This document shows positions 29,237 through 38,112 of a DNA stretch of 64,000 nucleotides, piece by piece. The notes beneath the pieces were generated by a model. It did no database searches. It worked only from the letters and a program-made list of their open reading frames with translations, and was not told the origin of the DNA. Where the stretch lies: assembly GCA_029243485.1 (NCBI GenBank), contig JAQWRY010000011.1:77228-141227 (forward strand), read 5' to 3'. Position 1 is the first letter of the stretch; each line of letters begins with the position of its first letter. Made by a program: the position numbers and the translations under genes. This DNA is from Candidatus Binatia bacterium (GTDB taxonomy: Bacteria; Desulfobacterota; Binatia; UBA12015).

Positions 29237-29797
29237 TCAGTGAAGGGTCTCGGTTCGATTCGCGCCGAGCTGCTCGATCGCCGATGGCACGCCGGGTAAC
29301 CCGGGGTGGACGACCAGCGCGCGCTCCAGGGCGATCCGTGCGGCATGCGCATCGCCGTTCCGATCGGCGATCTGCGCGAAACCGCAGAGGGCCCCGAAGT
29401 GACGGGGCTCGAGCTCGAGGGTCCGTTGAATATCGCCGACGCTCTCCGCATCACGGCCCAGGACGAAGTACAGCGTGGCACGCTTGTTCCAGGCTTCGGC
29501 CCAGCCGGGCCACGCGCCGACCAGCCCGTCCAGAATCCCCTCGGCCCGCTCGTGTTCACCCGCGTTCATCGCGGTGATCGCCTGCTCCATCTCGGCCTCG
29601 ATCTCGGGATCCTCGTGCGCGCACCAGATCTCCCAGATATTGCCCTCAATGGTACTGCGCTGCTCCTCCTCGCCGTCGTGGAGCGTCAGGAACAGCAGCT
29701 TCAAATCCTCCGAAACCTCCTCACAAGGCGCCGACGGCAGCTTTTCGATCAGAAGCGCCGCCTCGTGGATGCGGAGGCTCAAGTCCGGGGTCGGCAT
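29237..29797 (-). CDS. TPR-repeat protein
   Basis: Repeated W/A-x-x-x-A-x-x-Y-x-x-x-G TPR-like helices (AWNKRATLYFVLGRDAESVGD..., ALCGFAQIADRNGDAHAA...). Confidence 0.55.
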   Translation of the reverse strand: MPTPDLSLRIHEAALLIEKLPSAPCEEVSEDLKLLFLTLHDGEEEQRSTIEGNIWEIWCAHEDPEIEAEMEQAITAMNAGEHERAEGILDGLVGAWPGWAEAWNKRATLYFVLGRDAESVGDIQRTLELEPRHFGALCGFAQIADRNGDAHAARIALERALVVHPGLPGVPSAIEQLGANRTETLH

Positions 29798-29873
29798 CGG
29801 CCATCATCCTGCCCGAACGGATCGCACTCTGGAAGGGCTCGTGACTCGCAGTTCGCGCTGGTAGAAACGACGA

Positions 29874-31097
29874 ATGGAGATCACCCGCCCCGAAGACGTC
29901 GGCCTGTCCACCCCCGGCCTCGCCCGAATCACCAATCACCTCGAACGGCACTACGTCGTGCCGGCGAAGATCGCGGGTTGCCTCACGATCGTCGCCCGCA
30001 AGGGCCACATCGTCCACTGCGAGGCTCAGGGCTCCATGGACCTCGAGCGCGAGAAGCCGATGCGCGAGGACGTCCTCTTCCGCATCTATTCGATGTCGAA
30101 GCCCATCACGTCGGTCGCGATGATGATGCTCGTCGAGGAAGGCTCGGTGCAGCTCACCGATCCCGTCCACCGCTTCATTCCGGAATGGAAGAACCTGCGC
30201 GTCTACGAGTCGGGCAACCATCCCCGGTTCGTCACCCGCCGCGCAGAGCGCCCGATGACGATAGCCGACCTCCTGACCCACACCGCCGGCCTCACCTACG
30301 GATTCATGGAACGCACGAACGTCGACGCGGCGTACCGCAAGCTCGGAATCCTCGGGCGCACCGATGGACCCACCCTTCGCGACATGATCGAGGGACTCGC
30401 CGAGCTCCCGCTCGAGTTCTCCCCCGGAACTTCTTGGAACTACTCGGTTGCAACTGACGTGCTCGGCTACCTGGTCCAGACGATCTCCGGGCAGCCCTAC
30501 GACCGCTTCCTGCAGAATCGCATCCTCGGCCCTCTGGGGATGACCGACACCGGCTTCACCGTCCCCGATAGCGAACGGGAACGCTTCGCCGCGTGTTACG
30601 GGCGAACGCGCAGCAAGCGACTCGTCTTACAAGACGATCCGGAGAAGAGCGTCTACTGCAGAGACGTCACCCTCTTCTCCGGCGGCGGCGGGCTTGTCTC
30701 CACAGCCCACGACTACCTTCGCTTCTGCACGATGCTTCTGCGCGGCGGCGAACTCGACGGCGCGCGGATCCTCGGGCCTCGCACGATCGACTACATGACG
30801 AAGAACCACCTGCCGGAGGACCGAGACCTCACCCAGATGAGCGTCGGCGCCTTCAGCGAGACGAAGTACGAAGGCACGGGGTTCGGCCTCGGCTTCTCGG
30901 TGGTCCTCGACCCGGTCGCAGCGAAGGTGACCAGCAGCAGCGGCGAGTTCGCATGGGGCGGCGCCGCCAGCACCGCGTTCTTCATCGACCCGAAGGAGGA
31001 ACTGATCGTGATCTTCCTGACCCAGCTCATGCCCTCTGCGACATTCAATTTTCGCGGACAGATCAAGCAAATTGTCTACGGATCCCTGATCGACTGA
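29874..31097 (+). CDS. serine hydrolase, beta-lactamase/esterase (class C-like) family
   Basis: S-x-x-K motif in RIYSMSKPITSVAMMML, YSV (Y-x-N-like), C-terminal AWGGAASTAFFIDP. Confidence 0.8.
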   Translation: MEITRPEDVGLSTPGLARITNHLERHYVVPAKIAGCLTIVARKGHIVHCEAQGSMDLEREKPMREDVLFRIYSMSKPITSVAMMMLVEEGSVQLTDPVHRFIPEWKNLRVYESGNHPRFVTRRAERPMTIADLLTHTAGLTYGFMERTNVDAAYRKLGILGRTDGPTLRDMIEGLAELPLEFSPGTSWNYSVATDVLGYLVQTISGQPYDRFLQNRILGPLGMTDTGFTVPDSERERFAACYGRTRSKRLVLQDDPEKSVYCRDVTLFSGGGGLVSTAHDYLRFCTMLLRGGELDGARILGPRTIDYMTKNHLPEDRDLTQMSVGAFSETKYEGTGFGLGFSVVLDPVAAKVTSSSGEFAWGGAASTAFFIDPKEELIVIFLTQLMPSATFNFRGQIKQIVYGSLID

Positions 31098-31270
31098 CGT
31101 TCGGACTTTTCGCTGCCCTGCCGTTGGGATAGGCCGAGGAGGATGGCCCTCCCTACCTGGCTCTCGGCGACGAAGCGGCTGCCGTCCCCACCGCGCGGCC
31201 CGCACAGACCGCCGCCAAGCACATCCTGATCACTGAAGACGACGACCGCGTTCGGGGTTTCCTCGCTCAA

Positions 31271-31597
31271 GTGCTGACGACCGCCGGGCACACGGTCGTG
31301 GAGGCTCGACGCCGAGAAGAAACTCTCGAGATCGTCCGTCAGCTGAAACACCCGATTGCTCTCGTCGTGAGCGACGTCGTCATGCCCGGCATCGACGGGG
31401 TCGAGTTCACCAAGCAGCTGCGCCTCTTGCCGCCCGGCCTGCGTGTCCTGCTCGTTTCGGGCTACGCCAACCGACTCGGCGCCGCCGGTCGTCCGCTCCC
31501 CGAGACCGCCTCTTTCCTCCAGAAGCCCTTCGGCCCCGAGGAACTCGGGCGCAAAGTCATCGAGGTGCTCTCGGAGGAGTCGACGACGACCCACTAA
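31271..31597 (+). CDS. single-domain response-regulator receiver; canonical start missing (frame open from 31134 and includes ILITEDDD)
   Basis: LVVSDVVMPGIDG (phospho-acceptor Asp region), QKPF (conserved Lys). The acidic pocket ILITEDDD lies upstream of the ORF-track GTG start with no in-frame ATG/GTG/TTG. Confidence 0.5.
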   Translation: MLTTAGHTVVEARRREETLEIVRQLKHPIALVVSDVVMPGIDGVEFTKQLRLLPPGLRVLLVSGYANRLGAAGRPLPETASFLQKPFGPEELGRKVIEVLSEESTTTH

Positions 31598-32419
31598 TCA
31601 GGTTCCGCTGAATTCCGGGGTGCGCTTTTCCATGAAGGCCGTCACGGCCTCTCGCAGATCGTTCGACTGAAGACTCGTCGCCATCGTCCACAGACCGTTC
31701 AACAGGAGGCTCTGCTCGGTCGTGAGATCCTCGCTCTGCTGCAGAATGAACTTCGTTCCGCGCACCGCCATCGGCGCATTCGCGGCGATCTCCTCGGCAA
31801 GGCCCCGCGCCGCCGCGAGCACCGTATCGACGTCAGCGTAGACGTCGTTCACGAGGCCGATCTTCTCGGCGCGCGCCGCATCGATGTCCTTACCCGTGTA
31901 CGCCAACTCCGCGACGTGACCCGCGCTCACGACCTTGGGAAGACGCTGCAAGGTGCCTACATCCGCAACGATGCCGATGCGGGTCTCGCGAATGCTGAAC
32001 GTCGCGTCGGCCGAGGCGACGCGAATGTCACACGCGGTGATCAGATCGATCCCCCCGCCGAGACAGTGCCCGTGCACCGCGGCGATCACCGGAACCGGAC
32101 AGGCAGCGACCGCCGAGATCGCCTTCTGAAACGCCGTGGTCACTTCCATCTGCTCGAGGTTCGCAACGGCTTTCGATGCCGGCTTGTCCCCTTGGCCGAC
32201 CATCGCGTCGGTCAGGTCCAGTCCGACGCAGAAGCTCTTCCCGCGACCAGCCAACACGACGGCACCGATCTCCGGATTCTCCGTGAGTGCCGCGATCGCG
32301 TGCGGCAGGCCCTGCCAAAGTTCGCGCGACATGGCGTTGCGCTTCTCAGGACGGTCAAGCCACAAGGTGCCAACCGCGCCGGAGCGTTCGATAGAGAGGA
32401 CGTCGGAAGAGAAGGACAT
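31598..32419 (-). CDS. enoyl-CoA hydratase/isomerase (crotonase) family
   Basis: Internal ATG of ORF 31598..32680: MSFSSDVLSIERSGAVGTLWLDRPEKRNAM...FCVGLDL...AAVHGHCLGGGIDL. Confidence 0.8.
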   Translation of the reverse strand: MSFSSDVLSIERSGAVGTLWLDRPEKRNAMSRELWQGLPHAIAALTENPEIGAVVLAGRGKSFCVGLDLTDAMVGQGDKPASKAVANLEQMEVTTAFQKAISAVAACPVPVIAAVHGHCLGGGIDLITACDIRVASADATFSIRETRIGIVADVGTLQRLPKVVSAGHVAELAYTGKDIDAARAEKIGLVNDVYADVDTVLAAARGLAEEIAANAPMAVRGTKFILQQSEDLTTEQSLLLNGLWTMATSLQSNDLREAVTAFMEKRTPEFSGT

Positions 32420-32464
32420 CAGCCACGAATAGCAAGCCCCCTGGGCCTCCGTTAGCCTGCCACC

Positions 32465-33238
32465 ATGATAAATCGCGAACAGCTGGACAAGATGTTCGAC
32501 CTTTCCGGCCGGGTAGCGATCGTCACCGGCGGTAGCCGGGGCATCGGAAAGGCGATCGCCGGGGGATTCGCCGCGGCCGGCGCGAAAGTCGTCATCGCGA
32601 GCCGGAAGGCAAACGCCTGCGACGCCACCGTCGCCGAGATCGAGGCCACCGGCGGCGAAGCCCTCGCCGTCCCCACCCACCTGGGCGACATCGGGGCGCT
32701 CGAGAATCTCGTGAGGGCTACGGTGGACCGTTTCGGCGGCGTCGACATCGTGGTGAACAACGCCGCAAACGCACTCGCGCTACCGGTAGGACAAATCACG
32801 GCCGAGGCCTTCGACAAGTCCATCGCCGTGAACCTCCGCGGCCCGCTCTTCCTGGTCCAATTTGCGCTGCCCTATCTCCAGAAGAGCGAGCACGCTTCTG
32901 TGATCAATGTGATCAGCGCCGGCGTCTTCACGAGCGCGCAATTCGTCGGGCTCTACACCGCCGGCAAAGCGGGCCTCCGTACATTGACCCGCACGATGGC
33001 CCACGAACTCGCATCGCACAATATCCGCGTGAACGCGATCGCTCCCGGCACCGTAGACACCGACATGGTCCGCAATACCGATCCCGCCGCTCAGGCCGCG
33101 ATGCGCGACGCGGCTCCGGTGAAGCGCATGGCCGCTCCCGAAGAGATGATCGGGATGGCCCTCTACCTGGCGAGCGACGCCGGAAGCTTCGCGACAGGGC
33201 AGACGTTCATCGTCGACGGCGGAATGACGACGTCATAG
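32465..33238 (+). CDS. SDR-family oxidoreductase
   Basis: VTGGSRGIGKAIA (TGxxxGxG), NNAA, YTAGK (YxxxK). Confidence 0.85.
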   Translation: MINREQLDKMFDLSGRVAIVTGGSRGIGKAIAGGFAAAGAKVVIASRKANACDATVAEIEATGGEALAVPTHLGDIGALENLVRATVDRFGGVDIVVNNAANALALPVGQITAEAFDKSIAVNLRGPLFLVQFALPYLQKSEHASVINVISAGVFTSAQFVGLYTAGKAGLRTLTRTMAHELASHNIRVNAIAPGTVDTDMVRNTDPAAQAAMRDAAPVKRMAAPEEMIGMALYLASDAGSFATGQTFIVDGGMTTS

Positions 33239-33250
33239 GGACGTCGGAAC

Positions 33251-34060
33251 TCAGCGCCCTTGCCACTCCGGCCGCCTCTTCTCGACGAAGGCGCGCTGGC
33301 CCTCACGCGCATCGTCGGTCTTCCGAAGCTCGCGACCGATCGCCTCCTGGCGGCTGTAGCCGTCTTCGAGCGACATCCCGACGATTTCACGAACACCCCG
33401 CCGCGTTTCCCGCACAGCGAGCGGCGCATTGCCGGCGATCGCATCGGCGGTCTCAAAGGCGGTCGCCAGGAGATCCGTCGACTCCACGACCCGGTTCACC
33501 ACGCCGATGTCTACAGCGCGCTCGGCCGAGAAGGGGCGCGCGGTCAGCATGATCTCGTGGGCGTGCACCCAGCCGATCTGCTGTGGAAGAAGCACCGTGG
33601 AGTTTCCGGTCGGATAGAACCCGAGAGCAACCTCTTCAAGAGCAAAGGTGGCCTCGGGTACCGCGTAACGGATCTCAGAGGCGAGCATCATGTCGAACCC
33701 GCCCGCGCGAGCATGGCCGTTGATCGCGCACACCAGAGGCGTTCGCAGGTCGAAGCCGGCAAGGAGAGCCGTCGCGACGCTCCGCAGTCCTTCGAAGTCG
33801 TCGTCGTCGACCTTTTCGCCGCGTGCGAAGCGCTGCGAGACCGGAATCGTGGATCGCATGTCCATCCCGGAGCAGAACACCCGGCCCCCGCCACCGGTCA
33901 CGATCGCGCACCGCACGCCGTCGTCAGCCGCGATCTCTCGCCAAGCGCCGGCGAGCTCGCGCAACATGGAGAGGTTCAGGCTATTCGCCTTCTCGGGACG
34001 ATCGATCGTCACGAGGGCCACATGCGGGTGTTCGGCGGGCCGTTCGAGTCGTACGGGCAT
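33251..34060 (-). CDS. enoyl-CoA hydratase/isomerase (crotonase) family
   Basis: HVALVTIDRPEKANSL...FCSGMDM...AINGHARAGGFDMMLASEIR. Confidence 0.8.
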   Translation of the reverse strand: MPVRLERPAEHPHVALVTIDRPEKANSLNLSMLRELAGAWREIAADDGVRCAIVTGGGGRVFCSGMDMRSTIPVSQRFARGEKVDDDDFEGLRSVATALLAGFDLRTPLVCAINGHARAGGFDMMLASEIRYAVPEATFALEEVALGFYPTGNSTVLLPQQIGWVHAHEIMLTARPFSAERAVDIGVVNRVVESTDLLATAFETADAIAGNAPLAVRETRRGVREIVGMSLEDGYSRQEAIGRELRKTDDAREGQRAFVEKRRPEWQGR

Positions 34061-34102
34061 GCGGGGAGTCTGGCATGTCGACCCCGCGCGGCGCCAGATC
34101 TC

Positions 34103-35404
34103 TCAGACGCGCCAGCCGGGCCGCCCGCCACGACGGGCTTGCCAGAACTCGGCGACGAGCCACAAGTAGAACGGCAGGTACTCGAGCCAACGCACCACCT
34201 CGAAGCGCTCCGACTCGCCCCGATACAGAAAGTAAAAGTCCGCGTAGTACAGAAACAAGAGACCCGACAGAGCGAGAAGCGCGCGCGACGGGAACACGAC
34301 GAGGAACGGCAGAGCCCAGGTGAAGTACCAGGGGTTCGATGTGGGCGCGAGAAGGAAGATCGCCACGATCACGACGAGCGAGGCACCAGCGGCACACATC
34401 GGTTCCGGGTTCCGGTGCACCAACGTGGCCGCGAGGACCACCGCGATCGCCATGGAGAGGCCGCAGAGCGCCCGTGCGTGATCGCCCACGACGAACGTCG
34501 CGAGGCTGAAGAGACTGTCGTTCTGCTGCCAGCCCTGCGCGAACGCGAACAATCCGTCGAACAACTGCAGCCTCGCGTCGGCCCACGGCAGGTACGCCAC
34601 GACGATGAGAGCGCCAAAGAGGACCACGCCCTGCACCGCCCTCGCCCGGTCCCGCCGCCAGACGAGCGCCGCCACGATCGGCACCAGAGCCACTGCAAAG
34701 AACTTGAGGAGCGTCACCCACGCGATCGCCGCAAACGCCGGAAGCCACCGGCCTCGAACGACCGCGAGCAGAAACGCGCTCAGCCCCAACACCACGAACG
34801 CGTCGAGGTGCAGGCTGTTCGAGAACTCCTTCAGCGCGAGCGGGCTCCACGCGTAGACCACGACCCACGAAAGCGGGCGACCGAGGCGAACCAGAAGAAG
34901 GGCCAGAAGAACCACGCTCGCGGCTTCGGCGAAGAACACGAGCGCCTTCCACCCGCCGAGCCCCCACGGCGTGAGCCACTGCCCGATCGCAAAGAGCCCC
35001 TGGGCAACCGGGGGATAGATGGTCGGTACGTGGCGATAGTTGATGCGCTCGTAGACGAAGCGGCCGGCCGGCCCCAGGCCGCCGGCCGGAGCGGCGCCGG
35101 CCTCGTGGGCCTCTTCGGGTGCCAAGACGTACGGATTCGCACCCGCGAGGATGGTCTGGCCGTCCCAGACGTAACGGTACGGATCGACCTCCTGGATCAT
35201 CCCCGCAGGGGCCAGAACCAATCGGCACGCGAGCGCGACCCCGAGGATGAAGCCGAAGTGCCACGGACGCGAGCGGGCACGGCGTATGATCTCGACCGCA
35301 AGGAAGTAGGCCACGAACGCAGCGAATTCGAGCCCCAGAAACGTCGCCAACGGTCGTTCTGCGTGCCCCGTGCCGAACACGAACGAGGTGGCGAGCGGGG
35401 CCAC
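34103..35404 (-). CDS. polytopic membrane protein, GT87/DUF2029-like glycosyltransferase
   Basis: ~10 hydrophobic helices, Trp/Tyr/Phe-rich loops (YLPFYLWLVAEFW, WQQNDSLFSLATFVV), as in DUF2029 mannosyltransferase-like proteins. Family assignment tentative. Confidence 0.5.
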   Translation of the reverse strand: MAPLATSFVFGTGHAERPLATFLGLEFAAFVAYFLAVEIIRRARSRPWHFGFILGVALACRLVLAPAGMIQEVDPYRYVWDGQTILAGANPYVLAPEEAHEAGAAPAGGLGPAGRFVYERINYRHVPTIYPPVAQGLFAIGQWLTPWGLGGWKALVFFAEAASVVLLALLLVRLGRPLSWVVVYAWSPLALKEFSNSLHLDAFVVLGLSAFLLAVVRGRWLPAFAAIAWVTLLKFFAVALVPIVAALVWRRDRARAVQGVVLFGALIVVAYLPWADARLQLFDGLFAFAQGWQQNDSLFSLATFVVGDHARALCGLSMAIAVVLAATLVHRNPEPMCAAGASLVVIVAIFLLAPTSNPWYFTWALPFLVVFPSRALLALSGLLFLYYADFYFLYRGESERFEVVRWLEYLPFYLWLVAEFWQARRGGRPGWRV

Positions 35405-35487
35405 GCCGGCCTGGCTCGCAAGGAGGACCGCACCGCACGCCGCGAGCCCGAGAGCCGGGCCGCGACGGGCGAGCGATTGGTCGTCGT

Positions 35488-35727
35488 TCAGCTGCCTTCG
35501 CGCGGGGCCGGCGCCGACTCCTTCTTCGCGGCATCTTTCGCGTCATCTTCCGGTGCACCGTCGCCGGCGGCATCCTTCGGCGCAGCGGCTGCACCACCAC
35601 CGCGACTCCCCTCCGGCATCGCCGCCGGCTCAGCCTCCTCTTCGTGCGACGCGCCGAAGGCAGGGGGCACCGAGAGGCCGGCCGTGAGCACCGCCACTCC
35701 CAACATCTTCACAATCCGTGTCGTCAT
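35488..35727 (-). CDS. small secreted acidic Ala/Glu/Asp-rich protein
   Basis: Signal peptide MTTRIVKMLGVAVLTAGLSVPPAFGAS, high GC3. Its ATG overlaps the ilvN stop (ATGA). Confidence 0.4.
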   Translation of the reverse strand: MTTRIVKMLGVAVLTAGLSVPPAFGASHEEEAEPAAMPEGSRGGGAAAAPKDAAGDGAPEDDAKDAAKKESAPAPREGS

Positions 35728-36008
35728 GGCTTTAGTTCGTATCCGCCGTCAGCGGGAGCCGTCAAAGGAAACGGCGCAAACTCGGCGTGCGTGACGTCGA
35801 TCAAGTTCTGGATCGAGAGGGTGAGCCGCTCGATCTCAGCGGCCGGCCCCGTTACGCGCACCACGATCGGCACTAGCCCCTCCTCGTCCTCCTCGCCGAC
35901 CGAGAGAGTCCGGATATTCAGAGCGCGGCGATAGAACATGCCGGTCATCCGGGCTAGCACTCCCGGACGATGAAACGCCCGTGCCTGCAGCAAGTAGTCT
36001 GTGCTCAT
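35724..36008 (-). CDS. ilvN: acetolactate synthase small (regulatory, ACT-only short form) subunit
   Basis: Internal ATG of ORF 35724..36221: MSTDYLLQARAFHRPGVLARMTGMFYRRALNIRTLSVGEEDEEGLVPIVVRV (ACT domain). ATGA overlap with the ilvB stop. Confidence 0.75.
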   Translation of the reverse strand: MSTDYLLQARAFHRPGVLARMTGMFYRRALNIRTLSVGEEDEEGLVPIVVRVTGPAAEIERLTLSIQNLIDVTHAEFAPFPLTAPADGGYELKP

Positions 36009-37807
36009 GAGATCACCTCGTCCCCCGCAGCACCGATCCGCTGCGCTTCGTCTTGTGTAAAGAACTCCCCCGGGCGCGACACACAGTTGCCGCCGTATTC
36101 GGCGAACGTCCGCCCCGCGGGCATCATCGGGAAATTGTCGGCCGCGGGATCGATCGACACGTGGATCAGAGCCGGGCCTCCGTAGGCGATCGCCTCCTCC
36201 AGCGCGCGCGCCAGCCCGCAATCATCCGACACCGTTGCGGCGTGTGCGCCGAAGGACCGCGCGAGCATCGCGAAGTCCGGATGGCCGGGACGGTCGTCGA
36301 ACCGCACCGCTTCCCAGCGACTCTCGTACTCCCGGTCCTGCCATTGGCGGACCATCCCCAGCTGCTCGTTGTCGAGTACGATGGTGATGACTGGCAGATG
36401 CTCCTGCACCGCGGTGGCGAGCTCCTGGCTCGTCATCTGAAAGCTGCCATCCCCGTCCACCACGAACACCCGCGACTCCGGGCACGCCTTCGCCGCACCG
36501 ATGGCCGCCGGGAGGCCGTAGCCCATCGTCCCCGCGCCGCTCGAGGTCAGCAGACGCCGAGGCTCGTCGAACTCGAGGAAGTGACACGCGAACATCTGGT
36601 GCTGCCCGACGCCGGTCGTGACGATGTCCTGCGGCCGCAGCACACGACCAAGCGCATCCATCACGTTCTTCGGATGGGACCCCACCCTCGCCACGTGCGG
36701 CACGCACTGCACGCAGACTTCGCGAGCCGCTTCTGTTCGACGCACCCAGCTCAGCCTCTCCGCAGACGGTGCAAACCCGATAGACGCCGCGTCCAATGCC
36801 CGAGCCGCGGTTCGCGCATCCGACTGAATCGCGATCTCGGCAGGGACATTCTTGCCGAGCTCATACGCATCTACGTCGATGTGGATGATCTTCTTTCCCT
36901 TCGCGAAAGCGTCGGTCTGCCCCGTAATCCGATCCGTGAATCGACTGCCGAGCGCGAGCACGACATCCGCTTCGGTCAGAGCCCAGACGCCGGACTTCCG
37001 CCCGTACATCCCGATCATCCCGAGTGCCTGCGGGTGGCTTTCGGGAAACAGCCCCTTCGCGTTGATCGTGCTCACCACCGGCAGCTTCAAACGCTCCGCG
37101 AGCGCGATCACCTCGGCGCGCGACTCCGCGATCACTGCACCACCGCCGAGGAGCATCACCGGCCGCTCGGCCTGCGCCAGCAAGCGCGCCGCCGATCCGA
37201 TCGCTTCCGAATTGCACTCCGGCTCGGTCGCCCCGCGCGAATTCGGCGCCTCCGAGGCGATTACCGCGGCCGTCGCGATCAACACGTCCTTTGGCAGATC
37301 CACGTACACGGGCCCCGGCCGGCCGGAACGCGCGATCTCGAAGGCCCGGGAGATGGCCTCGGCGACCTCGGCGACCGACCGAGGCTGGAATGCGTGCTTC
37401 GTGATGGACGCCGTAATCGAGAGCATGTCCGTCTCTTGGAACGCATCCCGGCCGATCAGCGGGGTCGCGACCTGTCCTCCCAACGCGACGAGGGGAACGG
37501 AATCGAGGTGCGCGTCCATGATGCCCGTGACCAGATTCGTCACGCCGGGCCCGCTGGTAGCCACGCACACGCCCACCTTCCCCGACGCGCGCGCATACCC
37601 GGCGGCCGCGTGGGCGGCACCCTGCTCATGCCGCACCATCACGTGGTGCAGTGCCGGATCTCGATGAAGCGCATCATAGAAGTGCAGAATCGCGCCACCG
37701 CCGTAACCGAACACGACATCAACTCCGTTCGCCTTCAACACATCGCAGACGATCTCGGCGCCGCTGCGTTCCTGTTGCGCCGTCGCAATTGCTGCACTTC
37801 CTTGCAT
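36005..37807 (-). CDS. ilvB: acetolactate synthase large (catalytic, TPP-dependent) subunit
   Basis: FGYGGGAILHFYDAL...GPGVTNLVTGIMDAHLDSVPLVALGGQV...GTMGYGLPAAIGA...VVDGDGSFQMT. SD AAGGAG 8 nt upstream of the ATG. Confidence 0.9.
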   Translation of the reverse strand: MQGSAAIATAQQERSGAEIVCDVLKANGVDVVFGYGGGAILHFYDALHRDPALHHVMVRHEQGAAHAAAGYARASGKVGVCVATSGPGVTNLVTGIMDAHLDSVPLVALGGQVATPLIGRDAFQETDMLSITASITKHAFQPRSVAEVAEAISRAFEIARSGRPGPVYVDLPKDVLIATAAVIASEAPNSRGATEPECNSEAIGSAARLLAQAERPVMLLGGGAVIAESRAEVIALAERLKLPVVSTINAKGLFPESHPQALGMIGMYGRKSGVWALTEADVVLALGSRFTDRITGQTDAFAKGKKIIHIDVDAYELGKNVPAEIAIQSDARTAARALDAASIGFAPSAERLSWVRRTEAAREVCVQCVPHVARVGSHPKNVMDALGRVLRPQDIVTTGVGQHQMFACHFLEFDEPRRLLTSSGAGTMGYGLPAAIGAAKACPESRVFVVDGDGSFQMTSQELATAVQEHLPVITIVLDNEQLGMVRQWQDREYESRWEAVRFDDRPGHPDFAMLARSFGAHAATVSDDCGLARALEEAIAYGGPALIHVSIDPAADNFPMMPAGRTFAEYGGNCVSRPGEFFTQDEAQRIGAAGDEVIS

Positions 37808-37830
37808 CTTTTCGCTCCTTGTCTGTGCTC

Positions 37831-37868
37831 CAAAAAAGAAAAGGCCCGCCTCTCGAGAGAGGCGGGCC
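37831..37868 (-). terminator. intrinsic terminator / attenuator hairpin GGCCCGCCTCTC-n-GAGAGGCGGGCC plus U-tract, ~25 nt upstream of the ilvB SD
   Basis: Perfect 12-bp GC stem read directly. On the minus (transcribed) strand it is followed by TTTTCTTTTTT. Confidence 0.6.
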
Positions 37869-37902
37869 TTTGGGACCGTCGGTTTTCTTCGTTTCTACAG
37901 AG

Positions 37903-38034
37903 TCACGAATTCCATTCGGTCGCAGTGGTCCGCCTCGCGGGGCTAACCACGACGACGACGTCTCGTACGGGTACGAGAAGTCGAAGCTCGACGCGGCTGG
38001 CGCGTCGACCCATCTGTTTACGGAACAAGGACAT
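37903..38034 (-). CDS. putative ilvBN leader peptide (43 aa) with five consecutive Val codons
   Basis: Own translation: MSLFRKQMGRRASRVELRLLVPVRDVVVVVSPARRTTATEWNS. AGGA SD 8-12 nt upstream. Not in the ORF track, probably because it is under the length cutoff. Confidence 0.45.
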   Translation of the reverse strand: MSLFRKQMGRRASRVELRLLVPVRDVVVVVSPARRTTATEWNS

Positions 38035-38112
38035 CGGTTCGTTTCCTGCGGATGGTGCTACCCGAGCAACCCCGCCACGACAAGGCTCCCTCCACCATCG
38101 TGGAAAGCCGGC

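Noticed and set aside
33260-35794. 844-aa + strand ORF
   Set aside because: Antisense to the crotonase and GT87-like genes. Extremely Arg/Pro/Glu-rich with no motifs.
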